A program made the translations under genes and the position numbers. From positions 32,001 through 96,000 of IMG/VR virus record IMGVR_UViG_3300044846_005100: a DNA stretch of 64,000 nt. One strand, written 5' to 3'. Shown here piece after piece: positions 5,910-14,854 of the stretch; the stretch's first letter is position 1; every line of letters starts with the position of its first letter. The DNA comes from a virus. The notes beneath the pieces are model-generated. The model was not told the DNA's origin and searched no databases. It saw only the letters and a list, made by a program, of their open reading frames with translations.

Positions 5910-5982
5910 TGGAGCAGGTGGGATTCGAACCCACATCCTCTACCTTGCAAAGGTAGCGCTCAGCCAGTTGAGCTACAACCCC
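5910..5982 (-). tRNA. tRNA-Ala(TGC)
   Basis: Cloverleaf, G3:U70 pair, loop TTTGCAA. Confidence 0.95.
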
Positions 5983-5989
5983 ATTTAAA

Positions 5990-6183
5990 AAACAAGTCTT
6001 CCGTGCTCACCACGGGTTTGGATTTGACTGATGGTTTGTTCCCCATCACCTGTTGACGTGCACATCAGAGCAGGGTCCATTACAGGATACCTTGGGGCAT
6101 TCAAACTCTCAGTAAAGGTTGCGATCCTATGAGAGCCAAGGTTTCTTTCATCCGCGCTATTCGGACTTCTGTAAGACTTGTTT
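5990..6183 (-). ncRNA. Large (about 194 nt) multi-stem ncRNA candidate
   Basis: 11-bp closing stem AAACAAGTCTT/AAGACTTGTTT; internal CCTTGG/CCAAGG, CTCTCA/TGAGAG and TGATGG/CCATCA. Confidence 0.6.
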
Positions 6184-6185
6184 AG

Positions 6186-6259
6186 AGCAGGTAGTCGGAC
6201 TCGAACCGACAACCCTCGCCTTGGAAGGGCGACGCTCTAGCCAATTGAGCTATACCTGC
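6186..6259 (-). tRNA. tRNA-Gly(TCC)
   Basis: Cloverleaf, loop CTTCCAA. Confidence 0.95.
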
Positions 6260-6266
6260 TTATTTG

Positions 6267-6340
6267 TGATCCCGGCACGATTCGAACGTGCGACCTTCGC
6301 CTTAGAAGGGCGTTGCTCTATCCGGCTGAGCTACGGAACC
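6267..6340 (-). tRNA. tRNA-Arg(TCT)
   Basis: Cloverleaf, loop CTTCTAA. Confidence 0.95.
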
Positions 6341-6389
6341 GTTTTTAGATCCAATATGTCAAAGAACTTTGGTACAAAATGTACCGCAG

Positions 6390-6462
6390 TAGCGGGGGCC
6401 AGATTCGAACTGACGTCCTCGGGTTATGAGCCCGCCGAGAATACCATCTTCTCCACCCCGCT
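6390..6462 (-). tRNA. tRNA-Met(CAT), initiator-like
   Basis: GGG/CCC anticodon stem, loop CTCATAA. Confidence 0.9.
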
Positions 6463-6468
6463 ATATTG

Positions 6469-6540
6469 TACTGCCACGGAGAATCGAACTCCGATTTTAT
6501 GGATGAAAACCATAGGTCCTAACCGTTAGACGATGGCAGC
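6469..6540 (-). tRNA. tRNA-Glu(TTC)
   Basis: Cloverleaf, loop TTTTCAT. Confidence 0.93.
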
Positions 6541-6606
6541 ATATTTAAAAAGAACGTTTTCTTTTTTGTTGTCATTATAATACTCTATTTCAAACTATAT
6601 TAAAAC

Positions 6607-6637
6607 AAAAAAACCTCAACTTTTTGGGTTGAGGTTT
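6607..6637 (-). terminator. Intrinsic terminator (attenuator 2)
   Basis: AAACCTCAAC/GTTGAGGTTT stem followed by a T run. Confidence 0.8.
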
Positions 6638-6658
6638 AAATATTCTTATATTCTTGAC

Positions 6659-6742
6659 TCAACTTATTAACCGCACTCTTCCCTCGCCTGCTTCTATCAG
6701 AAGGGCCGCTCTAAGGATTGAGATATTTGTTAATTGTTTCAT
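6659..6742 (-). CDS. Putative leader peptide 2 (27 aa)
   Basis: MKQLTNISILRAALLIEAGEGRVRLIS; GTTGAG across the stop codon pairs with the terminator 5' arm; TATTTTTG -7 box at about 6783-6790. Confidence 0.55.
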   Translation of the reverse strand: MKQLTNISILRAALLIEAGEGRVRLIS

Positions 6743-6820
6743 TGAAAGTATCAATAGTTATTTTGTTGTATTATTTATACTGCAAAAATATAAAAAGTTT
6801 CAATTGTTGAAAAATTTATT

Positions 6821-7063
6821 TTACAATTCATCAAGATTTGCTAGTGTGTCAACACAAACTATTACTTGATCTTTTGGAAAATACCACTTGTCGAGGAAGG
6901 TTCCTCCCTTTTCGTATTCGCCCCAATCGTAATCTTCTTTAAGTGTTTGAAGTACGTGTTCAACGCTTTTTGCCTTCATTTTAAGAAGGTTAGAGTCAGC
7001 TGCTTCTCTGTGAGTTGTTAGTCCAACATTCTCGGTACCGATGATGTAAGTGCGTAATGCCAT
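6821..7063 (-). CDS. Hypothetical protein
   Basis: Co-oriented ORF behind an AGTATTATAAT motif. Confidence 0.75.
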   Translation of the reverse strand: MALRTYIIGTENVGLTTHREAADSNLLKMKAKSVEHVLQTLKEDYDWGEYEKGGTFLDKWYFPKDQVIVCVDTLANLDEL

Positions 7064-7113
7064 TTGGTTAAATTTAAAAGGTTTTAATTATAATACTCTT
7101 TTTAAAGTAAGTT

Positions 7114-7518
7114 TTAAATCAAATTCTTCTTTTTTAGCTCAGCATGTTTTACCATCACACTCTTTCGTATTTTAGAAAAGAGTTTAGGGAATTGGGTGAC
7201 TGTCCACACTAACACTTGTACATGCCACGTAGTTATTAAATTAAAGACTTTAGAAAAGAAGGAGTGTTTCATTTCAGGTTCTATCTTCCAGTCTGGCACA
7301 TTTTCCAAGTAGATCTTAAGTTGTCGATGTAAGACTACTTGATGTTCAAACATGTCATCTGACTGGGTATACTGTCGATATATCCTGACTTTACGTAAGT
7401 ATTCAATTGCATGGTCAACTGCCATCATAGCCTCCTCTTTAGATGGATACATTACTTGCATCTCCTCAATCTTTTTAGGAAAATCTGCTCTACTTCGTAA
7501 GATTATCATCGCTCGCAT
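7114..7518 (-). CDS. Hypothetical protein
   Basis: Operon-packed ORF. Confidence 0.7.
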   Translation of the reverse strand: MRAMIILRSRADFPKKIEEMQVMYPSKEEAMMAVDHAIEYLRKVRIYRQYTQSDDMFEHQVVLHRQLKIYLENVPDWKIEPEMKHSFFSKVFNLITTWHVQVLVWTVTQFPKLFSKIRKSVMVKHAELKKKNLI

Positions 7519-7918
7519 ACTCAGTTTCGATTAATCTTTGAATTCTCATTCTGCCTTTTTCACCAATTGGAATAGGATTTCCCTCTTCATCAATATGTAC
7601 AAATTTGATTTGAGTTTTTAGAACGACTATTTGCTTTCCAGTATAAACGTTATGCGCTCTAGCTTCCATGTATAGAACAATACTAGTATTGCCTAATCCT
7701 GCAGGACCACCATATATCTTTATTAATTGACCCTCTTTTGCAGGTTTCTCAAAGAAACATTTTTCAATAGATACTGTTACCATTCGAGGAGTATCACACA
7801 GTTGCATTGAGTATCCGGCAGCAGCGGCATCGATCCATGCCAGGAGTTTACCCCCAAATAGGTTTCCGTGAAATCCTAGATCAGATTTCTTAATTGGATG
7901 AGTGTTTAATAATTCCAT
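7490..7918 (-). CDS. Hotdog-fold acyl-CoA thioesterase (YciA-like)
   Basis: DLGFHGNLFGGKLLAWID motif; C-terminal FVHIDEEGNP. Confidence 0.85.
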   Translation of the reverse strand: MELLNTHPIKKSDLGFHGNLFGGKLLAWIDAAAAGYSMQLCDTPRMVTVSIEKCFFEKPAKEGQLIKIYGGPAGLGNTSIVLYMEARAHNVYTGKQIVVLKTQIKFVHIDEEGNPIPIGEKGRMRIQRLIETEYASDDNLTK

Positions 7919-8184
7919 TATTCTTTTTCCTTAGTATTGAATTTTACTAATATCTCGTTTCGAAGTTCCAATGCTTTACGTCTTTCAGTAAAGCTTGAAC
8001 CTTTTTCCATGTCTCCAAGTGCAGCTAAGAATACATTTAATTCTTCATCATTTGCTGTTTCTGCAATAAAATCATATTCGTCATCTGTAATATTAAACAG
8101 GACTTTAATTACATTATCAAACATGTCATGGATTCCTCCTCCACTTACAATACATGCCTGTACTTCTGGTCTAAGTATTTTCAT
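7918..8184 (-). CDS. Hypothetical protein
   Basis: Operon-packed ORF. Confidence 0.75.
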   Translation of the reverse strand: MKILRPEVQACIVSGGGIHDMFDNVIKVLFNITDDEYDFIAETANDEELNVFLAALGDMEKGSSFTERRKALELRNEILVKFNTKEKE

Positions 8185-8362
8185 TAATTTTTATTTTTAT
8201 TTCTCGATTCGGTTGATCTGCGTTTTCTCCTAAATCTCTTTTTAATACGCTAACAATCCAGGTTACGGCCCATTCATGTTCACACTCACACATCTTAACA
8301 AATGGATACTCTTCTCCAGTATCTGGATCAATATCTACAAATCCTATGATAAATTTATTCAT
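8171..8362 (-). CDS. Hypothetical protein
   Basis: Operon-packed ORF. Confidence 0.7.
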   Translation of the reverse strand: MNKFIIGFVDIDPDTGEEYPFVKMCECEHEWAVTWIVSVLKRDLGENADQPNREIKIKINENT

Positions 8363-8363
8363 G

Positions 8364-8636
8364 TTAATTTAGATTTTCATCGTGTACCCTTACAAATTGA
8401 CCTTCCTCTAAGTCTTCCTCACACTCAGTCACTACGATCTGGCCTTCTCTACTGAATACTATTACTTTCTGTACTGATTCATCTAGGTGAAACTTTGCAT
8501 CCCCTACAATATCAACCACTAGACCTTCACCCTCTCTTAGGATTAGACTTAGTGTTCTTGCAAAAATTAGGGAAGAGTTTAACCAGTCTTCTGGTTTGTC
8601 CTGATGTTCAGGATCATTTGCATTAGTGTAGTTCAT
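8364..8636 (-). CDS. Hypothetical protein
   Basis: Operon-packed ORF. Confidence 0.75.
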   Translation of the reverse strand: MNYTNANDPEHQDKPEDWLNSSLIFARTLSLILREGEGLVVDIVGDAKFHLDESVQKVIVFSREGQIVVTECEEDLEEGQFVRVHDENLN

Positions 8637-8637
8637 A

Positions 8638-8961
8638 TTAATATGTGTTTATTTTATTTAGGATACGTCCCTTTAATTCAGTGTCCTGTAGATTTTCAGA
8701 ATTGATAATTTCTTCAAGTAGATCTTTCATCTCCTCTTTGGATTTTTCTTTTGCTCTTAGTCTATTTCTAAGTTCAACTTGATAGAGATGATATGCAACT
8801 TCATCAACTTCTCGAAGCTTATTAAAGTATTTTTCAACTCTCTGATCAAGACGTCTGCTTTTTTCCATACTAGTCACATTGGGCAAGGCTTTATGTAATT
8901 CATCAAGTCTTCCTTTAAGATATTGAATCTCTCCAAATTTTTGAATTTCTTGTGAAGTCAT
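8638..8961 (-). CDS. Hypothetical coiled-coil protein
   Basis: Operon-packed ORF. Confidence 0.75.
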   Translation of the reverse strand: MTSQEIQKFGEIQYLKGRLDELHKALPNVTSMEKSRRLDQRVEKYFNKLREVDEVAYHLYQVELRNRLRAKEKSKEEMKDLLEEIINSENLQDTELKGRILNKINTY

Positions 8962-8967
8962 CTTAAA

Positions 8968-9504
8968 TTAATTTTTTACATGGATCTTAAATTCCTTGCA
9001 ATCAGAATCGCTATCTCGAGTCACAGTAATATTAAGGCCAGTTGAACTAGTCCAATTGACAGTTTCTCCCTCGTCCAAGTTAAATCTATCCCCTACGATA
9101 GGAGAAGGTATAACTACTTCAATTGGGTTATCGTAAAACACTACATATGGATAACCTACTTGAGGGTTATTTACGGTAACTAGTACAGGATCATGCTTTG
9201 GATGGTCGATCTCCGCGCTCACGTCCTTAAGAATACCCTGTTGATACATCATCAGCCAGGCAAGATTTGAAGTCTCCTTAAATGGATTAAATATCTCAAA
9301 TGGGCTTAGTCCATATGTTCCGCTCATTGAATTTGATTCGCCGCCTTTAAGTGTTACTTGTCTTTCTTCGTATGGACTTATAGTCAACATATTTAAAGTA
9401 ATTGGAGGTGCAGCTAATCCTCCATCAGGCATAGGAGAAGTTTTTTCCCTAATTATAGTCATTCGACTATCTTTGTAAAACCAATTTCTAAGTGTTTTTT
9501 TCAT
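8968..9504 (-). CDS. Hypothetical protein
   Basis: 178-aa ORF. Confidence 0.75.
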   Translation of the reverse strand: MKKTLRNWFYKDSRMTIIREKTSPMPDGGLAAPPITLNMLTISPYEERQVTLKGGESNSMSGTYGLSPFEIFNPFKETSNLAWLMMYQQGILKDVSAEIDHPKHDPVLVTVNNPQVGYPYVVFYDNPIEVVIPSPIVGDRFNLDEGETVNWTSSTGLNITVTRDSDSDCKEFKIHVKN

Positions 9505-9520
9505 AAGTGTTTAATTATTT

Positions 9521-10744
9521 TTAATTTGAAAGCGGTGCTTTAATATGTGCGTGTGCTTGATAGTTTTCTACTTGAAAATCTGTTGGGTCTAAATGTGTAA
9601 ATACAGATGCATCTTCACTTAACGCTTTATAGAACTCGTCAGTTTTCATATGTTTTAAAGTTGGTAGTGGATATGGTTCTCTTGTTCGAGTTGGAATATT
9701 ATTTTCGTCTAACTCATCTTTTGTGTAGTATGATTGATAATCATTTGTACTTATTTGAATACCGTTTCTTTCCTCCAAGGTTAATTCTCTACCAATTTGT
9801 TCTTTTGCTTGTTCAATATGGTTTGAATACAAGTGAACATCACCCAAGTTTCCAATCAATTCATCTGGAACCATATTAACTACTTTAGCTATGATTTCCA
9901 ATAACAATCCGTAAGATGCAATATTGAATGGTAAACCTAAGAATGTATCTACTGAACGTTGATTCCACATTAAAGAGATTGCTCTGGTTGGAATGTTGTG
10001 TTTGTTACAAAAATCCTTTCTAAAGTCTTTTATATTATGATGTGGGTTAGTTTCTAATGATATTGACAATTCTTTTTCAAATATCTCTAACAAATTAAGG
10101 GTTTCTATAAATCGTAATCTTTCAGTTAATTTCAACTCTCTTGTATAAACTTGAAATCCATAATGGCATGGTGGAAGTACCATTTGGTCTAATTCTCCTA
10201 CATTCCAAGCACTAACCATTAATCGTCTTGAGTCTGGATTTGTTTTAAGGTCATTGATTAGATTTTGGATTTGGTCTATTTCTTTACTTTCGGTCCATTC
10301 ACCATTTCCTAAATAAGATGTATCTACATTCCATTTACGCCAACCAGCTCCATAAATCGGTCCTAATTCACCCCACTTTCTAGCAAAATTATCATCTGTT
10401 TTGATTTTGTTAATGAACTCTTCTTTTGTTTCTAATCTATCGTGTGGAGGATGATTCATTAAAAAATTCTTATAAGCATCCCCATTCCAAATATGGCAAT
10501 CATTATCCACTAAATACTTAATGTTTGTATCACCACGAAGGAACCATAACAATTCAGTTACCATTGTCTTAAATGCCATTTTCTTGGTAGTTAACAATGG
10601 GAATCCTTCTTTCATATTATGTCTTATTTGTCTACCAAATACTGAAATAGTACCAGTACCTGTTCTATCTTTCTTTTCTACTCCATTATCCAAGATGTCT
10701 TGAAGCAATGCTTGATAATCTTTATCTAATTTATTCATAATCAT
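9521..10744 (-). CDS. thyA: Thymidylate synthase with insertions
   Basis: DRTGTGT, LPPCH, NQRSVD, GLPFNIASY, DVHLYSNH. Confidence 0.97.
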   Translation of the reverse strand: MIMNKLDKDYQALLQDILDNGVEKKDRTGTGTISVFGRQIRHNMKEGFPLLTTKKMAFKTMVTELLWFLRGDTNIKYLVDNDCHIWNGDAYKNFLMNHPPHDRLETKEEFINKIKTDDNFARKWGELGPIYGAGWRKWNVDTSYLGNGEWTESKEIDQIQNLINDLKTNPDSRRLMVSAWNVGELDQMVLPPCHYGFQVYTRELKLTERLRFIETLNLLEIFEKELSISLETNPHHNIKDFRKDFCNKHNIPTRAISLMWNQRSVDTFLGLPFNIASYGLLLEIIAKVVNMVPDELIGNLGDVHLYSNHIEQAKEQIGRELTLEERNGIQISTNDYQSYYTKDELDENNIPTRTREPYPLPTLKHMKTDEFYKALSEDASVFTHLDPTDFQVENYQAHAHIKAPLSN

Positions 10745-10940
10745 CTAAATTTATTGTTGATGTTCCATTTTTTTGTGCTTCCTTAGCCTTTTCATACATT
10801 TTATCCCAGCCTATTTTATTAGCTATTTCAATAGCTGTATCAGATATTAAAGGGTATCTAGTTGTTTTATAAAAATTAACAACTGGGCCATTAATAAATA
10901 CATCTAATAAACCTAGTAATATTTCTTTAAATAGTTTCAT
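10731..10940 (-). CDS. Hypothetical protein
   Basis: Overlaps the thyA start. Confidence 0.65.
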   Translation of the reverse strand: MKLFKEILLGLLDVFINGPVVNFYKTTRYPLISDTAIEIANKIGWDKMYEKAKEAQKNGTSTINLDDYE

Positions 10941-10969
10941 CTATTATTAATTATTTTTTTAATTAAAAA

Positions 10970-10989
10970 CCCCCACTTTTCAGTGGGGA
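10970..10989 (-). terminator. Intrinsic terminator
   Basis: CCCCACT/AGTGGGG hairpin with T run on the minus strand. Confidence 0.65.
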
Positions 10990-11189
10990 TTATTTATTTT
11001 AAGTTTACTTTAAAAATTTATCTAGTGCTAATATTACCTTTTCTACAAAAGGATTAAAAATATCCTTGTTAAATAATATGTAAGAAATTAAACCTATTCC
11101 CATCATTATTGTACTTAACGATATAGCTAAAGGAATTAGAATAAATATAAAAAAAGCTCTTTTAAACATATTTTTCATACTTTATATTT

Positions 11190-11423
11190 TTAATTAATAA
11201 TTTGTATTTCATTTTGAGTTTCAATCCAAACCTTAGCTCCACAAGATAGTGGTTTATTTGGACTGTATTTTATTGTAGCAACAATATTACCTTGTTTATC
11301 TAATATATTTACATTATTAGCATAATTATTTGATTTATAATTTTTACAAGTAATAACTGGTAAATTAGCTCCTTTACTATTTGCTTTAATATTGTGTTGA
11401 TTTACATGAATAATATTTTTCAT
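11190..11423 (-). CDS. Small hypothetical phage protein
   Basis: IHVNQHNI...KPLSCGAKVWIET. Confidence 0.75.
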   Translation of the reverse strand: MKNIIHVNQHNIKANSKGANLPVITCKNYKSNNYANNVNILDKQGNIVATIKYSPNKPLSCGAKVWIETQNEIQIIN

Positions 11424-11433
11424 ACTCTATGAT

Positions 11434-13629
11434 TTAAAAGTTAATTTCACATGATCCGCCAGAACAAGCAACTCCAGCTAATTCATCAGCATTTAAATAC
11501 TTTTCTTGGTAATTTACTTTAGAGAAGTCAATAGGCTTATTTTTCAGTACTCTATTAATTTTTACCCATTTGTGGTATAGATGAATATCTTTCAAGCATT
11601 CTGTAGCATTGTTCATGTTATTTTTAAAATAGTTCTTAGCAAACTTTTTAATTCTACTAACAATATCTTTTTTAACCATTACTGTAATTCTATCTCCTGA
11701 CAAAACAAAAGTTCTATCTGTTACTGCAGAACATACATCCCATAGATCATTATTAAAACAATGTAAAGCATCTACAATTAATCCTGAAGCAAATAAGGCT
11801 GCATCTCCATATTTATTTACTAATTGTTCCTGAGTAAGTACTTCTGTAAAAGGAGCTTGCTTATAAATTTTGTCTCCTGAATTTGGTAGAAAAGATAACC
11901 CACAGAAATCTTCTTTATTCTCAAAAATGTAATCAAAAGCTTTATCCCAATCTGATACACTCACTGTGTTAGATACATTATGTGTAATAGTAGCACTATA
12001 CCCAAGTTCTTTATTAGTCCCTGGTAATACCCAATATTTATAGACTAATTGCACTGCTTTTAAAAATTCAATTTCATCTACTTGAGATTTTACAATAGTT
12101 TCAGGAGTTTCTTGCATAGGAATAAAACAAGCGTAATCACTATTGGTTGGGCTCCACACTCCTTCTTCTAACAATTCAGGATAGTTTTCATTCAAAAACT
12201 TAGCCATTGGAGTATCTTTGTTTAATTGTATAGTTCTGAAATAGTTATGTGCATGTGCAGGATGAATCCCTGAAGCTGTCATAGCCAATACAGAAGCATT
12301 TCCCGAAGGTTTTACACAAGTTGTTCTAGCGGCCTGACTAATTCCAATTAATTCTGCAACTATTTTATTAGTTTCTTTAACGATTTCAGCTCCTTTTTCT
12401 AAGATTTCAGGATTCAATAAAATTAAAGGGTTGTTCATAATTCCTGTAATAGAAACTCCTAACAATGCTTCCCAATTAATTAATTCTTCTGTTTCTTTTC
12501 CTAAGAAAGGCATATTAGTGTAAGATGCTTGGAATGTTCCTAATATAGCAGCAGCTTTGCATGCTTCATAGAATTTTTCAGGAGTAGTACATTTTGCCCC
12601 AATAATTTCATTTAAATTACAGAATGACCAACAAGATTTTCCTGTAAAAGGATTGATAGGTTTAAATCCAATTTCAACACAAGGATTCACCATCATATCA
12701 ATATCATCTACTAATACAACACCTGGCTCTCCAAATTGTTTGATAAATTCTTTATAGGCATCCAATTCTTCTTTTGTAATAGAAGATTTTAATATTTTGG
12801 CAGAATTATTAGCTCTTGCTCTCCAAGGAGTATCCATCCACCAATTTCCTGTTTTACAAGAAAGCATATCTTGATCATCTTTATCAAATAAAGAAATTAA
12901 TGCACTTCTTCTAACACCTCCAGATAAAACTGCATCTGATAAAATACAAATAATATCGTGACAGTCTAAAGATTTTAAAACGTATTCTTCTTTAGCTAAT
13001 TTAGCATCTAGTATCTTCTCTATTAGTTCCAAAGATTTTTTTAACCCATCAGGTCCTGGAGCAATAAATTCTCCTGCTATAAGCTCTCCTTTAGCTCTAA
13101 TTTTAGAGTAATCAAATAATACTTTTTGCGTACCATTAAAATAAGAGAATAATAAAGTGTCAATAGCTATTGCCCAACCTTCGATAGAATCATCTATTAC
13201 ATGAACAAAATGAGAGTTTGTGTCTCTCTTCATAATTCTAGGAAGATTTGCAATAAATCTTTTCTCTACTGAGAAACCAACTCCTGCACCACAAAGAAGC
13301 ACATACATAATTTCTTTGAATACTTCAGGTCTATCTACATAAGTAACTGAACAATTGTATAATTTAACATTATGAGCAGTGATATGTTTTTCTCTAAATT
13401 GAAGATTTCTTTGAGAAGCCAATATCTCCATATTATTGTATGCTTGTTTAGCAATGTCAAAATAAGGTTGTATTTGGCCCCAATTTTCTCTTTGAGAGAA
13501 TTTATTATAATGCATTTGCATCACATCATTTACCGACTCTTCCCAAGTCTCTAAACGATTTTCATTTTTTAAGAATTTTGCATAAGATTCTTTAAACTTT
13601 AGCTGTGAAGCTATTTCTTTACCATTCAT
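11434..13629 (-). CDS. nrdJ: Ribonucleotide reductase, class II-like
   Basis: YNC, GGVRRSA, NPCVEI, TCVKPSG, C-terminal CSGGSC; no beta subunit nearby. Confidence 0.85.
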   Translation of the reverse strand: MNGKEIASQLKFKESYAKFLKNENRLETWEESVNDVMQMHYNKFSQRENWGQIQPYFDIAKQAYNNMEILASQRNLQFREKHITAHNVKLYNCSVTYVDRPEVFKEIMYVLLCGAGVGFSVEKRFIANLPRIMKRDTNSHFVHVIDDSIEGWAIAIDTLLFSYFNGTQKVLFDYSKIRAKGELIAGEFIAPGPDGLKKSLELIEKILDAKLAKEEYVLKSLDCHDIICILSDAVLSGGVRRSALISLFDKDDQDMLSCKTGNWWMDTPWRARANNSAKILKSSITKEELDAYKEFIKQFGEPGVVLVDDIDMMVNPCVEIGFKPINPFTGKSCWSFCNLNEIIGAKCTTPEKFYEACKAAAILGTFQASYTNMPFLGKETEELINWEALLGVSITGIMNNPLILLNPEILEKGAEIVKETNKIVAELIGISQAARTTCVKPSGNASVLAMTASGIHPAHAHNYFRTIQLNKDTPMAKFLNENYPELLEEGVWSPTNSDYACFIPMQETPETIVKSQVDEIEFLKAVQLVYKYWVLPGTNKELGYSATITHNVSNTVSVSDWDKAFDYIFENKEDFCGLSFLPNSGDKIYKQAPFTEVLTQEQLVNKYGDAALFASGLIVDALHCFNNDLWDVCSAVTDRTFVLSGDRITVMVKKDIVSRIKKFAKNYFKNNMNNATECLKDIHLYHKWVKINRVLKNKPIDFSKVNYQEKYLNADELAGVACSGGSCEINF

Positions 13630-13720
13630 TTATTTTTTGTTTTAGGGTTAATTAATTTTTTTATTTTTTTAAGGGAGGCAAAGATAAGTAAAAATTATTT
13701 ATTACTAAATAATAAATTAC

Positions 13721-13912
13721 TTATTTTTCAAAAAGATTGTATTCTTCGGCATATTCTAAAATACCACCATGAAAAGTATTTTCACTATAACCCAAAGAAA
13801 GGGAGATTGTTTTAAATACCCTTAAAAGGTCAGTAATATTTATATCTTCTTCTACCTCTATTTTGATTTTAGTGTTAAATCCCTCTGCCTTAATTTTTAT
13901 TTTTTCTATCAT
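13721..13912 (-). CDS. Hypothetical protein
   Basis: Operon-packed ORF. Confidence 0.7.
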   Translation of the reverse strand: MIEKIKIKAEGFNTKIKIEVEEDINITDLLRVFKTISLSLGYSENTFHGGILEYAEEYNLFEK

Positions 13913-13923
13913 AACTATTTAAT

Positions 13924-14853
13924 TTAAAAGTTATTATATTCTGTTTGTAGGACTTTAAATCCAAGATTTCTAGCATAATCTACTACTTGATTCCTGTCAT
14001 CTACCATAAATTGAATATAGTGTGTTTTACAAATTTCTTCCCACATTTCTGCTTTTACCTGCCAATCAGGTCTATTATCTCCAGATTTTCTCATATACAA
14101 ATCATCTTTATGTACATATATACAGTTTTGGTATAACCAATATAAAGTATCTACTTTACATATTTCATCTCTACCACTACAAAATATAATCTTATGGTCA
14201 TCTGAAATTTCTTTTTTAAACTGATCGTAAACATAAGCAATATCTACAATTGAATCTATAGGCTTATCTTCTAACACTCTTCCCCAATCAAAAGGATTTC
14301 TTTTTCCTTTTTCAGCCAAAGTACCGTCAATATCAAATACAATGCATTTAGTTTTTTGGGGATCATTTTCAATGAATTTAATGGTAAAATCTATAGGATT
14401 TTCTTGTAAAGATTTTTTTAAGTTTTGAAATTGAGAATACTGTTTTTTAATTATTTCGTCATCCACTTGTCTAGTTCTTCTTTTATTGTATTCTAAACAT
14501 CTCTCCAAGCTAATATTAAAAAATTCTAAGTTAACCACACAGTTGAAATATTTAAATCTTTCTAAATATTCTCTCTTTAGGTGAGTAGCATCTATGATAG
14601 GAGTTTTTGATGAAGCAAGAGCTTCTTTTATCAATAAATTTTCATACTGAGTAACTTCTTTTTCTCTTTTATTTAGATCTGGTCTTTTGTAATACTCTGA
14701 TATAGTTGATTCAGTATATCCAAACAAAAGTTCTCGTATTTTATCTCTATTGACAGAGATAAACTGATCAGGGGCATTTTGTACTAATGCACAAGCGTGT
14801 GTGCTTTTTCCTGAACCGCTTGGGCCTACCAATACTATTATTTTTCTAGTCAT
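13924..14853 (-). CDS. pseT: Polynucleotide 5'-kinase/3'-phosphatase (T4 PseT-like)
   Basis: GPSGSGKS P-loop, NRD, HAD motif DIDGT, SGR, DDR. Confidence 0.92.
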   Translation of the reverse strand: MTRKIIVLVGPSGSGKSTHACALVQNAPDQFISVNRDKIRELLFGYTESTISEYYKRPDLNKREKEVTQYENLLIKEALASSKTPIIDATHLKREYLERFKYFNCVVNLEFFNISLERCLEYNKRRTRQVDDEIIKKQYSQFQNLKKSLQENPIDFTIKFIENDPQKTKCIVFDIDGTLAEKGKRNPFDWGRVLEDKPIDSIVDIAYVYDQFKKEISDDHKIIFCSGRDEICKVDTLYWLYQNCIYVHKDDLYMRKSGDNRPDWQVKAEMWEEICKTHYIQFMVDDRNQVVDYARNLGFKVLQTEYNNF

Positions 14854-14854
14854 A

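Noticed and set aside
5990-6183. Naming this element manA RNA, or accepting ORF 5985-6212
   Set aside because: It does not match what I recall of manA; the ORF starts inside tRNA-Gly and is likely spurious.
1195-6869. Plus-strand ORFs over the tRNA island (1195, 2559, 2787, 3906, 4099, 6119, 6654)
   Set aside because: They are antisense to tRNAs or Ro60 and show no protein motifs.
9521-10744. Intron or intein in thyA to explain its 407-aa length
   Set aside because: The extra length is spread over several short in-frame loops, with no splicing motifs.
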